From an uncultured Pseudomonadota bacterium (GTDB taxonomy: Bacteria > Oederibacteriota > Muellerivitia > Muellerivitales > Muellerivitaceae), in NCBI GenBank assembly GCA_963836235.1, contig CAWIIP010000002.1:1152001-1216000 (forward strand): 64,000 nucleotides of DNA. Reading direction: 5' to 3'. Below the pieces are notes generated by a model that saw only the letters and a list, made by a program, of their open reading frames with translations, was not told the origin of the DNA and searched no databases. A program made the translations under genes and the position numbers. Shown one piece after another: positions 10,522 to 19,858 of the stretch. Each line of letters opens with the position of its first letter. The first letter of the stretch is position 1.

Positions 10522-10564
10522 AAAAGCCTTTGCCTGTAATGATCTTACAGCAAGGGCTTTTTTT
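10522..10564 (+). terminator. Hairpin with T-tract just inside attL
   Basis: AAAAGCCTTTGC-CTGTAA...TTACAG-CAAGGGCTTTTTTT. Confidence 0.55.
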
Positions 10565-10569
10565 GTGGG

Positions 10570-10770
10570 TGACGGTCAAGTTTCCTACCTGACGGTCGAG
10601 AACCTCAAATGACGGTCATGAATGACACGGGAATGACACAGGGCGTTTTTGAAATTTTCTTGTGGTCCCCTTTCCCGCTTAACTACCACGGGCAGTGAAA
10701 GGCAATGGACAACTGTGAAGTGCCTCTTCGCGAGGCCGGACCCTTCCGGTGTGACATGGATATGACACGG
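10570..10770 (+). repeat. Putative integrase arm-type / directionality-factor binding repeats
   Basis: TGACGGTC at 10570, 10590 and 10610 (20-bp period); TGACAC pairs 11 bp apart at 10620-10642 and 10752-10770; a matching pair at 34658-34680. Confidence 0.7.
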
Positions 10771-10931
10771 AGTGCATCGGAGTTAGTTTTCAAAACCTTC
10801 TTGTGTTCATCTGTTCTCTTTAGCTACTACTCGTAGCGGGAGGCAGTGGACAATTGTGAAATGCCCTTCTCCCCTTTCGAATCGGGCCTTTTCCAACCAG
10901 CCGAGTTTAATTTGATGCTAAAATGTGTAGC

Positions 10932-11690
10932 ATGGCTACACAAAACAAAAGCAAATTGAACCGAATCTTTACGGAATGGCCCCACGGCGCGGTCATTACC
11001 CTTAAATGGTTGTCCCAAAGGGGCGTAAGCCGGTTTTTGGCCCGGACCTATGTGAAGGGCGGTTGGATAAAATCCATGGGGGCGGGAGTTTTCTTCAAGG
11101 CCGGAACCAAACCCCTTTGGTCCGACGGGCTCCATGCCATCCAGAATCAACTCAAACTTCCAATTCATGCCGGGGGCGAGACCGCTCTCTCGTGGAATGG
11201 TTACGGCCATACCGCTTCCATGGGTTCCTTGCCACCCGCCTACCTATTTGGCCCACAGGGAATAAAATTGCCCTCCTGGTTTCTCCAACACGATTGGGGG
11301 AATAAGATCCAATACCAAACCACGGATTTTTTGCCCTACAAAAAGGAATTCGGCTTTACACAGGATAGGCAAACCGGTATAACCCTGTCCTCTCCTGAAA
11401 GAGCCATGCTTGAAACCCTCTTGTTAATGCCCCAACGCATAACTTTTGAAGGCGCGGCCCATTTGATGGAAGGCCTATCCACTTTGAGACCGGATTTGAC
11501 GGCGCGCCTCCTAAGAGCTTGCCGATCCGTCAAAGTGAAGCGTTGTTTTCTCTATTTAGCCGAACAAATAAACCACACATGGTTCCATCGTCTCGACCTT
11601 TCCAAGGTGGACTTGGGCAAGGGAAAAAGGGTTGTGGTCCCAGGCGGCGAGTTTGACCGAAATTACCAAATCACAGTTCATCCCTGGTGA
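10932..11690 (+). CDS. Type IV TA AbiEi-family antitoxin/regulator (no adjacent AbiEii)
   Basis: SKLNRIFTEWPHG, YVKGGW, IHAGGETAL, SSPERAMLE, LLRACRSVKVKR, DLGKGKR. Confidence 0.85.
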   Translation: MATQNKSKLNRIFTEWPHGAVITLKWLSQRGVSRFLARTYVKGGWIKSMGAGVFFKAGTKPLWSDGLHAIQNQLKLPIHAGGETALSWNGYGHTASMGSLPPAYLFGPQGIKLPSWFLQHDWGNKIQYQTTDFLPYKKEFGFTQDRQTGITLSSPERAMLETLLLMPQRITFEGAAHLMEGLSTLRPDLTARLLRACRSVKVKRCFLYLAEQINHTWFHRLDLSKVDLGKGKRVVVPGGEFDRNYQITVHPW

Positions 11691-11769
11691 TCCATTCCGC
11701 TTGTTGTAAGAAAAATCACTACGTTTTTCTTACAATTGGGCTCATCAATTTATTAAATCATTTACGGCT

Positions 11770-14097
11770 TTAACCCATCATCCCCAATGATCGATAGGTC
11801 TTTTGCCTACGCCAGGCCATTTTCTTGAGGACCGGCACAAAATCATCCAAGTAGTCATAGACCACGGCGTTCTTCTTGCCTTCATAAGTTCGCTGAACCC
11901 TACCCAAATATTGGATAAGCTTTCCTTTGAAGGAAATGGGGAAAGCCAGGAATAGGGTATCCAGTTTGGGGCAGTCAAAACCTTCCCCAAGATATTGGCC
12001 GGTGGCCACCAGCAGGATTTCGGCGTCGGGGGTCGCTTCCATAACCTCTTGGAACACCGCCGCCCTTTCCTTTTTTCCCATGCCACCGGTTAAAAGCTTG
12101 GGTGATTTCCCCGCTTCCCTCAGCAGTTCAACCAACCTATGGCAATGCTCTTTCCGTTGGCTCAACACCAAACATTTCCGCCCTTCCGAGAGGGCTTGCG
12201 CCACATCCTCGACGACCATCCTGTCTCGGTCCTCATCCTGGGCTAAGGCCCGGAAAATCTCCTGGATGGAAAATTCTTCGCCAGCTTGCTCAAAACGGAA
12301 GTTGGTGGGCCGGATTTTAAGCGTGGTTTCCAAGCCCTCTTTGTCTTCGGCCATTCGGTAACGGAGCGGGCCGCATTGCATGAAGATCAAGTCCTGAAGC
12401 CCGTCCCGGCGGATGGGCGTGGCGGTCAACCCCAAGATATACCGGGCCGGGGCCTGTTTGATGTACTGCTCAAATGATACGGCGGGCAAAACATGACACT
12501 CGTCCACCAGGATGAAACCGTACCGGGAAAAGAATTCCCTCAAATCCTCCATCCGCTTGAGGCTCTGGATCATGGCTAAGTCCACGATGCCAGTAGAACG
12601 TTTCCTACCGCCGCCAACTTGGCCGATTTGCTTGGACTTCAATCCCAACATCTTTTTCAATTGGGCACGCCATTGGTCCAGGATCGGCTTACGGTGGGAA
12701 AGGATAAGGGTTGGTAGGTTGCGCCGGGCGACGGCGTAACAACCCATCACCGTCTTCCCTGCTCCCGGCGGGGCCACAAGAACCCCGCTTTCATACTGCA
12801 ACACCACTTTTATGGCCTTCTCTTGGTTCGCGGTTAATTCCCCTTGAAACTTAAATTTCAGGGGATCATGAGCCAACCGGGTGTCGGTTATTTCCACGTA
12901 GCTTCCAGCCTCTTCCAATATTTTTTTCAAATCCTCCAAGGTGCCACGGGGGAAGTGGAGATAGGCGGCGTCCTCTCCGTAACAGCGGATGAATCTCGGA
13001 ATCCCATAAGTGGAAAATCTCATGTTCTGGCGCTCATAGAAAACCGGGTTGTGCAGGGAAGCCAGGTGCTTAATCTGGGATAAAAGCCAAGGAGGCAATC
13101 CCGATTTTTCGACACTGACGGAAGCATCCAAGACACACCGAACCAATGCCGGAGCCGGGTATTTTTTCTTGAGGGCGGGCGAAACGGCTTTAGCCACCGT
13201 TTGAGGGCCGACTTCGATAGGCGGAATCTTTTCAAGTAACACGGACAACTGACCGGGGCTCAACCGTCGTACCGAGCTTAGGAAAGCCCATTGGTCGGGA
13301 TAGGGCTTCATCTCCGGGTCCGCTTGGTCCAAGAATTCGGTGCACCCCAATTCCCGTCGTTGCTTTTGAAGGGGCAGGGCGATCAAGTTTCCAAAACCGC
13401 CCCTTGGCATGAAGTCCTGGTTGGGGAAGAAGCGGTCATAGCTGGCTAAATCCACCTCGGCTCTTTTTTCCATGGTGTCCCGCAAGAGCCGTAAGCCCAA
13501 CTGTCGGGCGGATACGGCTTGGACGGGGGCCAAAAAGAATACCCAGGCGTGGCCGCCGTTCCCCGACCTGGATTTTTCAAGGTAGGCTGGAATGCCGTAG
13601 GAAGCGCAAGATTGCAGGTAGGCCAAAGCATCCAATTCCCAACCGGCCTTGTCGAAGTCGCAAGCCAAGAACCAGCAGGTGTTGTCTTTGAGGAGGGGAT
13701 AAACACCGATGGTCTTCTTGCCGGATAAATGATCCTGGACCACTTGATCGGTTAAGGGCAGGTACTTCTTAGGCTTTCCCTTTCCCACCCATGGATTTTC
13801 GCAAGCCGGGGAATAACCCTTTTTGCCGGTTGTCTGGTTCATCCACAATGCCGGATACACATCCTCCCGGCCCTTAAAGAGGATTCGGAAGAGGTTTATC
13901 TTCTCCTGGCTGGAAGAATGGGAATCCACCTTGGGCAGTGGTTCCGATTCCAAAGGCGGCGGCAAAGGTGCTTCCAGGGAATAATCGGCGGAGACTTCGT
14001 GAGCGGCGACGTCCGGCAGCCCTAATCGTCTTTTCAGTTCCGCGTTCTCAAGCGTTAACCGCTTGATTTCCTTAAGGGCATCTTCCAATTCAGACAT
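11770..14097 (-). CDS. AEP-like primase domain fused to SF2 DEAD/DEAH helicase (TOTE conflict-system-like architecture)
   Basis: N-terminal FKGREDVY, GVYPLL, ACDFD, SRSGNGGHAW, DRFFPNQD, GNLIALPLQ; C-terminal APPGAGKT, DECH, GLTATP, GEGFD, QYLGRVQR. Start taken at MSELEDA. Confidence 0.8.
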   Translation of the reverse strand: MSELEDALKEIKRLTLENAELKRRLGLPDVAAHEVSADYSLEAPLPPPLESEPLPKVDSHSSSQEKINLFRILFKGREDVYPALWMNQTTGKKGYSPACENPWVGKGKPKKYLPLTDQVVQDHLSGKKTIGVYPLLKDNTCWFLACDFDKAGWELDALAYLQSCASYGIPAYLEKSRSGNGGHAWVFFLAPVQAVSARQLGLRLLRDTMEKRAEVDLASYDRFFPNQDFMPRGGFGNLIALPLQKQRRELGCTEFLDQADPEMKPYPDQWAFLSSVRRLSPGQLSVLLEKIPPIEVGPQTVAKAVSPALKKKYPAPALVRCVLDASVSVEKSGLPPWLLSQIKHLASLHNPVFYERQNMRFSTYGIPRFIRCYGEDAAYLHFPRGTLEDLKKILEEAGSYVEITDTRLAHDPLKFKFQGELTANQEKAIKVVLQYESGVLVAPPGAGKTVMGCYAVARRNLPTLILSHRKPILDQWRAQLKKMLGLKSKQIGQVGGGRKRSTGIVDLAMIQSLKRMEDLREFFSRYGFILVDECHVLPAVSFEQYIKQAPARYILGLTATPIRRDGLQDLIFMQCGPLRYRMAEDKEGLETTLKIRPTNFRFEQAGEEFSIQEIFRALAQDEDRDRMVVEDVAQALSEGRKCLVLSQRKEHCHRLVELLREAGKSPKLLTGGMGKKERAAVFQEVMEATPDAEILLVATGQYLGEGFDCPKLDTLFLAFPISFKGKLIQYLGRVQRTYEGKKNAVVYDYLDDFVPVLKKMAWRRQKTYRSLGMMG

Positions 14098-14129
14098 TGG
14101 CCCCCCCCTTGGAGAAGTCACGGGAGGGA

Positions 14130-15350
14130 TTACGCGAAGTAGTTGAGCGCCTCGGCGGCCCCCGCCACAAGCACTTCCCCGTTTTCGAGTTTGTGTTTTT
14201 GCCAAACGGAGCGGTTAATGATTTGAAGCCCCCTTTTACAGGGCAAGGCCGCCAAAAAGCGGGACCAGTTTGGGGAAGGCTCGGTGTCGGAACTTTTAAC
14301 TTCCACCGGCAACCAGGGAACTCCATCCCGGACGATCAAAAAGTCAATTTCATGTTTTTGCTTGTCCCTTAGGAAAAACAGGTCAAAAACACCCTCGCCG
14401 GTATCCGTCCAGTAATTGCAAGTTTTCAAAAGGTGGCAGGCCACTAAATTTTCAAATTTGGCCGATTTATCCGGGATGAAGGAATAATCCCACAAATAAA
14501 TTTTTCCTTCCTTCCGAAGCGAACGGGGGATACTCCTCGTATAGGGCTTAATCTCAAAGAGGTAGTAAAGTTCCTTAAGATAAGACAGCCATCTTTTTGT
14601 CGTCGGTATGCTTGTTTCAAGGTCGCGTCCCAAGGAAGCCAAGCTCATCAGGGACCCAATTTTTTCCGGGAGCATCGCCGTCATCATCTCGATACGGCCC
14701 AATTCCGGCAGGTGGGAAAGATCCCGCAAGTCCTCCCTTATTACCAATTGTTCCCGGTTGTGGTGCCAAATAAGGGCTTTGTTCCGGTCCTGGGCCAATA
14801 GCGGTTCCGGGAACGGGCCGTAGGCCATTAAGGATTCCAAACGCTTCTGAACGGCCTTATTGGATCCATCCTCCCTCCCGAAAAGGGAAGACAATAATTT
14901 GTCCGGGGAAAGGACGTCCGGCCTTTCCATTTCCCTCACTGTGAATGGATGAATCCGAAAATTCAAATGACGCCCTAATAAGCTGTCGCTTCCTTTCCTG
15001 TAGACGTTCAACCTGGCGCTTCCGGTGACGAGGAAGTCGCAGGGTTTTTCGAGCGTGTCATAAACGCCTTTGAGATTGCGTTTCCAACGCCGGTCCTTAT
15101 GAATTTCATCAAGGACCACCAAGGGAATTTCCTTCCCCTTTCCCTGGGGGATAAGTGAAGACGGATTCATGGCCCAGGTACGGCGGAAAGCGATATCGTC
15201 CCAATTCTTGTAAAGCCCCGTGGCCCTTTTTTGAAGGAACATTTTCGCCAAAGTCGTTTTACCGCATTGGCGCGGTCCCGAGAGGAACGCGATCTTGTGC
15301 CCCGAAAAGGCGTACTTTTCTATTGCATGCGCGACAGACCTGTTTTTCAT
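14130..15350 (-). CDS. AAA_14 ATPase with DUF4143 C-terminal domain
   Basis: GPRQCGKTT, LDEIHK, VTGSARL, LLGR, GPFPEP, KIYLWD, FENLVA, EIDFLI...PVEVK. Confidence 0.88.
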   Translation of the reverse strand: MKNRSVAHAIEKYAFSGHKIAFLSGPRQCGKTTLAKMFLQKRATGLYKNWDDIAFRRTWAMNPSSLIPQGKGKEIPLVVLDEIHKDRRWKRNLKGVYDTLEKPCDFLVTGSARLNVYRKGSDSLLGRHLNFRIHPFTVREMERPDVLSPDKLLSSLFGREDGSNKAVQKRLESLMAYGPFPEPLLAQDRNKALIWHHNREQLVIREDLRDLSHLPELGRIEMMTAMLPEKIGSLMSLASLGRDLETSIPTTKRWLSYLKELYYLFEIKPYTRSIPRSLRKEGKIYLWDYSFIPDKSAKFENLVACHLLKTCNYWTDTGEGVFDLFFLRDKQKHEIDFLIVRDGVPWLPVEVKSSDTEPSPNWSRFLAALPCKRGLQIINRSVWQKHKLENGEVLVAGAAEALNYFA

Positions 15351-15357
15351 GATGACC

Positions 15358-15386
15358 ATTATAACGTCTGACGTTAGTTTGGTCAA
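15358..15386 (-). promoter_or_regulatory. Sigma70 promoter with operator palindrome; probably a leaderless transcript
   Basis: Minus strand TTGACC-17bp-TATAAT, ATG 7 nt downstream; palindrome TAACGTC-T-GACGTTA at 15362-15376. Confidence 0.7.
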
Positions 15387-15414
15387 AAACCCCTTTTTCA
15401 GGGGTGACCTTCAT

Positions 15415-15590
15415 GTAAGTTCGACCAAACTACGGACACTCCGCAGTATGGTCGAAAGCCTTATGAGAAAAGGGAGAGTAATATGAACAAGGGAAAGAAA
15501 GACAAGGATTTGAAGGAATTCGGGGCAAGCCTTCGTGAAGGCCTTAAATATGCGCGTGGGAAGAAGGCCAAAGTGAAGACTGAATCAATA
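15415..15590 (+). pseudogene. Remnant of a HigB/HigA-like TA pair
   Basis: ...KLRTLRSMVESLMRKGRVI* overlaps MNKGKKDKDLKEFGASLREGLKYARGKK..., which resembles the HigA-like N-terminus at 53043; cut off by a copy of the helicase 3' end. Confidence 0.5.
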
Positions 15591-15653
15591 GGTCTTTTGC
15601 CTACGCCAAGCCATTTTTTTGAGGCCAGGCACAAAGTCATCCAAGTAGTCATA
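15584..15653. repeat. 70-bp diverged copy of the helicase 3' end (11790-11859)
   Basis: Direct repeat, 6 mismatches in 70 by manual alignment. Confidence 0.85.
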
Positions 15654-15770
15654 TAAAATCTTAACTTTTCGTCTCTGGCAGGAAATATTTCCTAAAAACC
15701 TATATTTTCCTGAACAAGAAATCATGGTTAAACAGGAAATAACCAGCAATTTGGTTTAATAATCAACACT

Positions 15771-15829
15771 TGTAACATAAATAATGAACTGTAACACATA
15801 ATATGTTACAGTTCGTAAGTTGTGTTACA
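15771..15829. promoter_or_regulatory. Nested inverted-repeat operator
   Basis: GAACTGTAACA-7bp-TGTTACAGTTC (15786-15814) with outer TGTAACA/TGTTACA boxes; all symmetric about 15800. Confidence 0.75.
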
Positions 15830-15843
15830 TTTACGAGGGCTAA

Positions 15844-16833
15844 ATGCTTGTTCAAGACTTTAAAGATTACCTACAGGAAACCCTGGGTATCCAAACTCAA
15901 CCCATGCCCTGGAACAATGCCAAGGCTTTGCCTTTTCTATTACTGGACCGATACGAATTTTTCGATGTCTCCCTCCTAAAAACCCATTGTCTCTTGATGA
16001 CCCCAAAAGGTGATGAGGAAGTAACTTCCACCGTTATCCGTAAGCATTTGGAAATGGCGAAGGAAAAATGGACGAAAGACGTCATCTACGTTTCAAAAAG
16101 TTTATCTCCCATTAACCGCAAACGGCTTATCGAACATAAGGTTCCCTTTGTCGTACCGGGCAATCAACTTTACTTGCCCAATATGGGCATGGACCTTAGA
16201 GAACATTTTAAAAAAAACCACTCGGCCCCGGAAACCTATAGCCCCGCCACCCAAGTAATCGTGTTAGACGCCCTTGTCCATGGTTATAAGGAGCCTTTGA
16301 ATGTCCGCAAACTGGCAAAGAAATTAGAGTATTCCCCTATGACCCTTACCCGTGCCTTAAATGAAATTGAGAAGACGGGTGTAGGAACAGTCCAGATTAT
16401 AGGGCGGGAAAGAAAATTGAAATTCGACCTATCCAAAAGGGCTTTATGGGAAAAAGCGCTAAAATACCTTCAAACCCCAGTCAAAAGCCGGAACCTGATT
16501 TATGACAAAAATTACAAACCAGGATCTGAAAAAATCAAAGCCGGGTTGTATGCCTTGGCTCAATATTCAAACTTAGCTGAATCGAAAGAAAAGATTTATG
16601 CCCTAAGTTCGGGCCAGTACAATTCCCTCAAAAATAAAAATGAATTGTTAAATTCAAATGATGAATCCGCGCCAATGACCTGGTTGGAAATTTGGAGCTA
16701 TGATCCTAAACGCTTGTCTCAAGATGGCCTTGCGGACCCTTTCTCGCTTTATTTAAGCTTGCGAAGCGAAGGAGAAATCGATGAGCGAGTACATTCCGCG
16801 CTAGAACAAATGATGGAGAACCATGCATGGTAA
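15844..16833 (+). CDS. wHTH-containing AbiEi-like antitoxin/regulator
   Basis: RKRLIEHKVPFVVPGNQLYLP, central HTH (LAKKLEYSPMTLTRA), EIWSYDP, DPFSLYLSL..DERV; overlaps the downstream nucleotidyltransferase. Confidence 0.7.
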   Translation: MLVQDFKDYLQETLGIQTQPMPWNNAKALPFLLLDRYEFFDVSLLKTHCLLMTPKGDEEVTSTVIRKHLEMAKEKWTKDVIYVSKSLSPINRKRLIEHKVPFVVPGNQLYLPNMGMDLREHFKKNHSAPETYSPATQVIVLDALVHGYKEPLNVRKLAKKLEYSPMTLTRALNEIEKTGVGTVQIIGRERKLKFDLSKRALWEKALKYLQTPVKSRNLIYDKNYKPGSEKIKAGLYALAQYSNLAESKEKIYALSSGQYNSLKNKNELLNSNDESAPMTWLEIWSYDPKRLSQDGLADPFSLYLSLRSEGEIDERVHSALEQMMENHAW

Positions 16834-17582
16834 GAGGTCTGGATCTTTTTAAAGCGCATTTCCAGGAACATACAAATTCATTTGTCGTTATCGGAGGAAC
16901 CGCATGTTCCATCCTTCTGGAAAATGCCGGTTTAACCGCAAGGGCCACGGATGACATTGATATGGTGCTGTATGTCGAACGGCCAAACCCGGTTTTCGGA
17001 AATGCTTTTTGGGATTTCATAAAAAAAGGAAATTACGAAACATGGCAAAACAGCCCCGAGAGGAAAAACTTTTTTCGATTTTTAAAACCAATGGATTCGA
17101 AATTCCCCGAAAAAATTGAACTCCTTTCTTCGAAACCAGAAGGAATTGAACTACGTGAAAGTAGCCGTTTTACCCCCATTCCTTTTGAAGATGAGGCTTC
17201 GAGTCTTTCGGCAATATTGATGGACGATGATTACTATCAATTTCTTCAAAAAGGCCACAAAGTTATCCAAGGCCTTCCTGTGATTGGGGCCGAACAACTT
17301 ATTCCTTTAAAAGCCAAGGCCTTCTTGGATTTGACACAGCGAAAAGAACAAGGAATAAAAATAAATAGCGATGACATTAAAAAACACAAAACAGATGTAT
17401 TCCGGCTTTACCAATTATTAGCCCCGGCAGATCGCCTAGAACTTCCGGCTTCTATTAAAGCGGACATGAATCAGTTCTTACAAACTGTCAGGAAAGAGCC
17501 CTTCGATTTAAAAAATCTGAAAATTCAAACTGTTACTTTTGAAGAGGTATCGGATAATTTAAAGACCATCTACAGCCTTTAA
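16827..17582 (+). CDS. Nucleotidyltransferase (AbiEii-like toxin)
   Basis: IGGTAC, RATDDID, LKAKAFLDL, KH..DVFRL. Confidence 0.75.
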   Translation: MVRGLDLFKAHFQEHTNSFVVIGGTACSILLENAGLTARATDDIDMVLYVERPNPVFGNAFWDFIKKGNYETWQNSPERKNFFRFLKPMDSKFPEKIELLSSKPEGIELRESSRFTPIPFEDEASSLSAILMDDDYYQFLQKGHKVIQGLPVIGAEQLIPLKAKAFLDLTQRKEQGIKINSDDIKKHKTDVFRLYQLLAPADRLELPASIKADMNQFLQTVRKEPFDLKNLKIQTVTFEEVSDNLKTIYSL

Positions 17583-17750
17583 GGAGAAAAACCTTTCCAC
17601 TGGCCTCGGTCACCTTTGGAGATCCTCTAGACACCCCCTTCCCCTGAGGAGTTGCCACAAGCCCCTTTAAAACCCTAATGGAAGAAATGGCCGAAAGTTG
17701 AGCATTAATAATTTATAATTGGGCCAAATATTGCACTTTAACTTAAGGAA

Positions 17751-18533
17751 ATGCTAATGGTTGATTTTGAAGCAAAGAGCTTAATTGAATATCTTTACAA
17801 CGTAAATTTAATTGAGAAAGAATATGGAATCGATAAATGGCGGCCCAAAATGGATCACATATGGTTTCGAGGGGTTACCAACGCCGACAATCATCATTTA
17901 ATTCCAACAATTTATAGAGAGCCGATAGAATCGAAAAGTGAAAGAGAAATTAATAGGGATTTCAAATTACAATCGCGCCCTTTTACCAAATCTCAAGCAT
18001 TAAATGATTTGGAACTTTTATTTATTGGACGGCATCATGGGCTGCCTACAAGATTATTGGATTGGTCTGCCGGTTCATTAATAAGTCTTTACTTTGCTGT
18101 TCACGAATACAAAGAACCAACCGATGGAATGGTTTGGCTTTTACGTCCAAGGAAATTTAATAAACTCACCATCAATTTGAAATCCATCCCTTCAGAACAT
18201 GAGAATAAGAAAATATTTAATAATTATTTGAAACTACCCATTAAACAAGCACTGCCGATGGCAATCCGATCCTCGTTTATTACTGAAAGGATTATTTCTC
18301 AAAAAGGTTTTTTTACAATTCATGGTTCTGAAAATATTTCAATAGAGTCAATTCAAAAAGCTAACAAAAAAACAACTTTTCTAAAAAGCGTACGAATTCC
18401 TTTTAACAACAAAGTTGAGATTTTAAATCAACTTGCCAAGGCCGGTATTTCCCAAAGCACCTTGTTTCCAGATTTGGATGGTCTAAGTGCAGAAATTAGA
18501 GATCGATACAACAAAGAAAGAATTGTTAAATAA
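17751..18533 (+). CDS. FRG domain protein
   Basis: WFRG, HHGLPTRLLDWS, LYFAV, RIISQKGFFTIH, GISQSTLFPDLDG. Confidence 0.92.
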   Translation: MLMVDFEAKSLIEYLYNVNLIEKEYGIDKWRPKMDHIWFRGVTNADNHHLIPTIYREPIESKSEREINRDFKLQSRPFTKSQALNDLELLFIGRHHGLPTRLLDWSAGSLISLYFAVHEYKEPTDGMVWLLRPRKFNKLTINLKSIPSEHENKKIFNNYLKLPIKQALPMAIRSSFITERIISQKGFFTIHGSENISIESIQKANKKTTFLKSVRIPFNNKVEILNQLAKAGISQSTLFPDLDGLSAEIRDRYNKERIVK

Positions 18534-18703
18534 ATCATTCCGGAGTGTTCGAAAATCACTCTGGTCCCGGCTACCTTCGATGATCCTCGGCACACCCCTT
18601 TCCCCTTGGCGTTTTCCCTTTAATAACCTCATGGAAGAAATGGCTGAAAGTTGAGCATTAATAACTCATAATTGATTCAAATATTTAGGGGAAGGCATAA
18701 GTC

Positions 18704-19657
18704 ATGAACTTATTTATAGACACAAATATCTATTTAGACTTTTACCATTACACCGGTGAGACGCTAGAAGAATTAAAAAAACTTGTTGTTGCAATTGAAA
18801 CAAAAGCGATAAGACTATTTTTAACACCCCAAGTGTTAAATGAATTTAACCGTAATAGAGAATCGAAAATTGCAGATGCGATTAAACGATTTTCAGAACA
18901 AAAGTTGAACAATCAATTTCCTCAGATTTGTAAGGAATATAAAGAGTTTGAAAATTTAAAAATGGCAATTAAAGAATTCGAAGAAAGCAAAGATAAGATT
19001 CTGCAACAACTATACGAAGATATTAAAAACAGAACATTGGGAGCCGATAAAATCATTAACGAATTATTTAATAAATCCGAAAATATAAAGTGGACAACGG
19101 ATATTATTGCGGAATCTAAAATGAGAATGGATTTGGGAAATCCTCCCGGCAAGGATGGTTCCTATGGCGATGCTGTAAATTGGGAATTACTACTATCAGG
19201 CGTTCCTAACGAGGACTTATATTTCATAACAGACGATAAAGATTATATTTCAAAAATAAATGATAAAAACCTTGACCCGTATCTCGAAGGGGAATGGAAA
19301 TCAAAAAAGAATTCTGAAATAATTTTTTATAGACGTTTGTCCGAATTTTTTAGTAAAAAATATCCCCGTGTGAAAATGGCAAATCAAATGGAGTTAGACG
19401 GTGCTGTGGAGATGTTAATAAATAGCGGAAGTTTTTTTACAACTCATTCGGCTATTTCGAAATTAAACATTTTTGCAGATTATACAGATGATCAAGTAAA
19501 TGCAATTGTCAAAGCTAGTGTTGAAAATAGTCAAATATCCCTCATAAGGGAAGATTCTGATGTGAAAGAATTTTTAAAAATATTTGTAAAATCTTACGAA
19601 AATAAAATAGAACCTTCGTTGCTTCAAAGATTTCAACAACTGTATTTGTACCCTTAA
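18704..19657 (+). CDS. PIN-like domain protein (DUF4935-type)
   Basis: FIDTNIYL, EFNRNR, NPPG...GDAVNWELL, FITDDKDY. Confidence 0.8.
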   Translation: MNLFIDTNIYLDFYHYTGETLEELKKLVVAIETKAIRLFLTPQVLNEFNRNRESKIADAIKRFSEQKLNNQFPQICKEYKEFENLKMAIKEFEESKDKILQQLYEDIKNRTLGADKIINELFNKSENIKWTTDIIAESKMRMDLGNPPGKDGSYGDAVNWELLLSGVPNEDLYFITDDKDYISKINDKNLDPYLEGEWKSKKNSEIIFYRRLSEFFSKKYPRVKMANQMELDGAVEMLINSGSFFTTHSAISKLNIFADYTDDQVNAIVKASVENSQISLIREDSDVKEFLKIFVKSYENKIEPSLLQRFQQLYLYP

Positions 19658-19858
19658 TAGAAAATAGGAAAGCTTCCAAAACGCTATCCTATTTTCAGGG
19701 GGAAGGCATTCCCTCTGGCCTCGGCCACCTTCGGCGATCCTCGGCATAGAAACTTTTCCCAAATTAACGTTGTCAATCATCTTGCTAATACCTAGACGAA
19801 ATATGGGTGCACCACTCTCGCCTGGAAATGGGCCGTAAATTCTGAGAAAAAAATACTT

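Larger units (their letters stand above)
17600..19742 (+). repeat. Bipartite intergenic direct repeat bracketing the FRG and PIN genes
   Basis: 28-bp block A at 17600, 18561 and 19715; 44-bp block B at 17678-17721 and 18631-18674 (3 mismatches). Confidence 0.8.
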
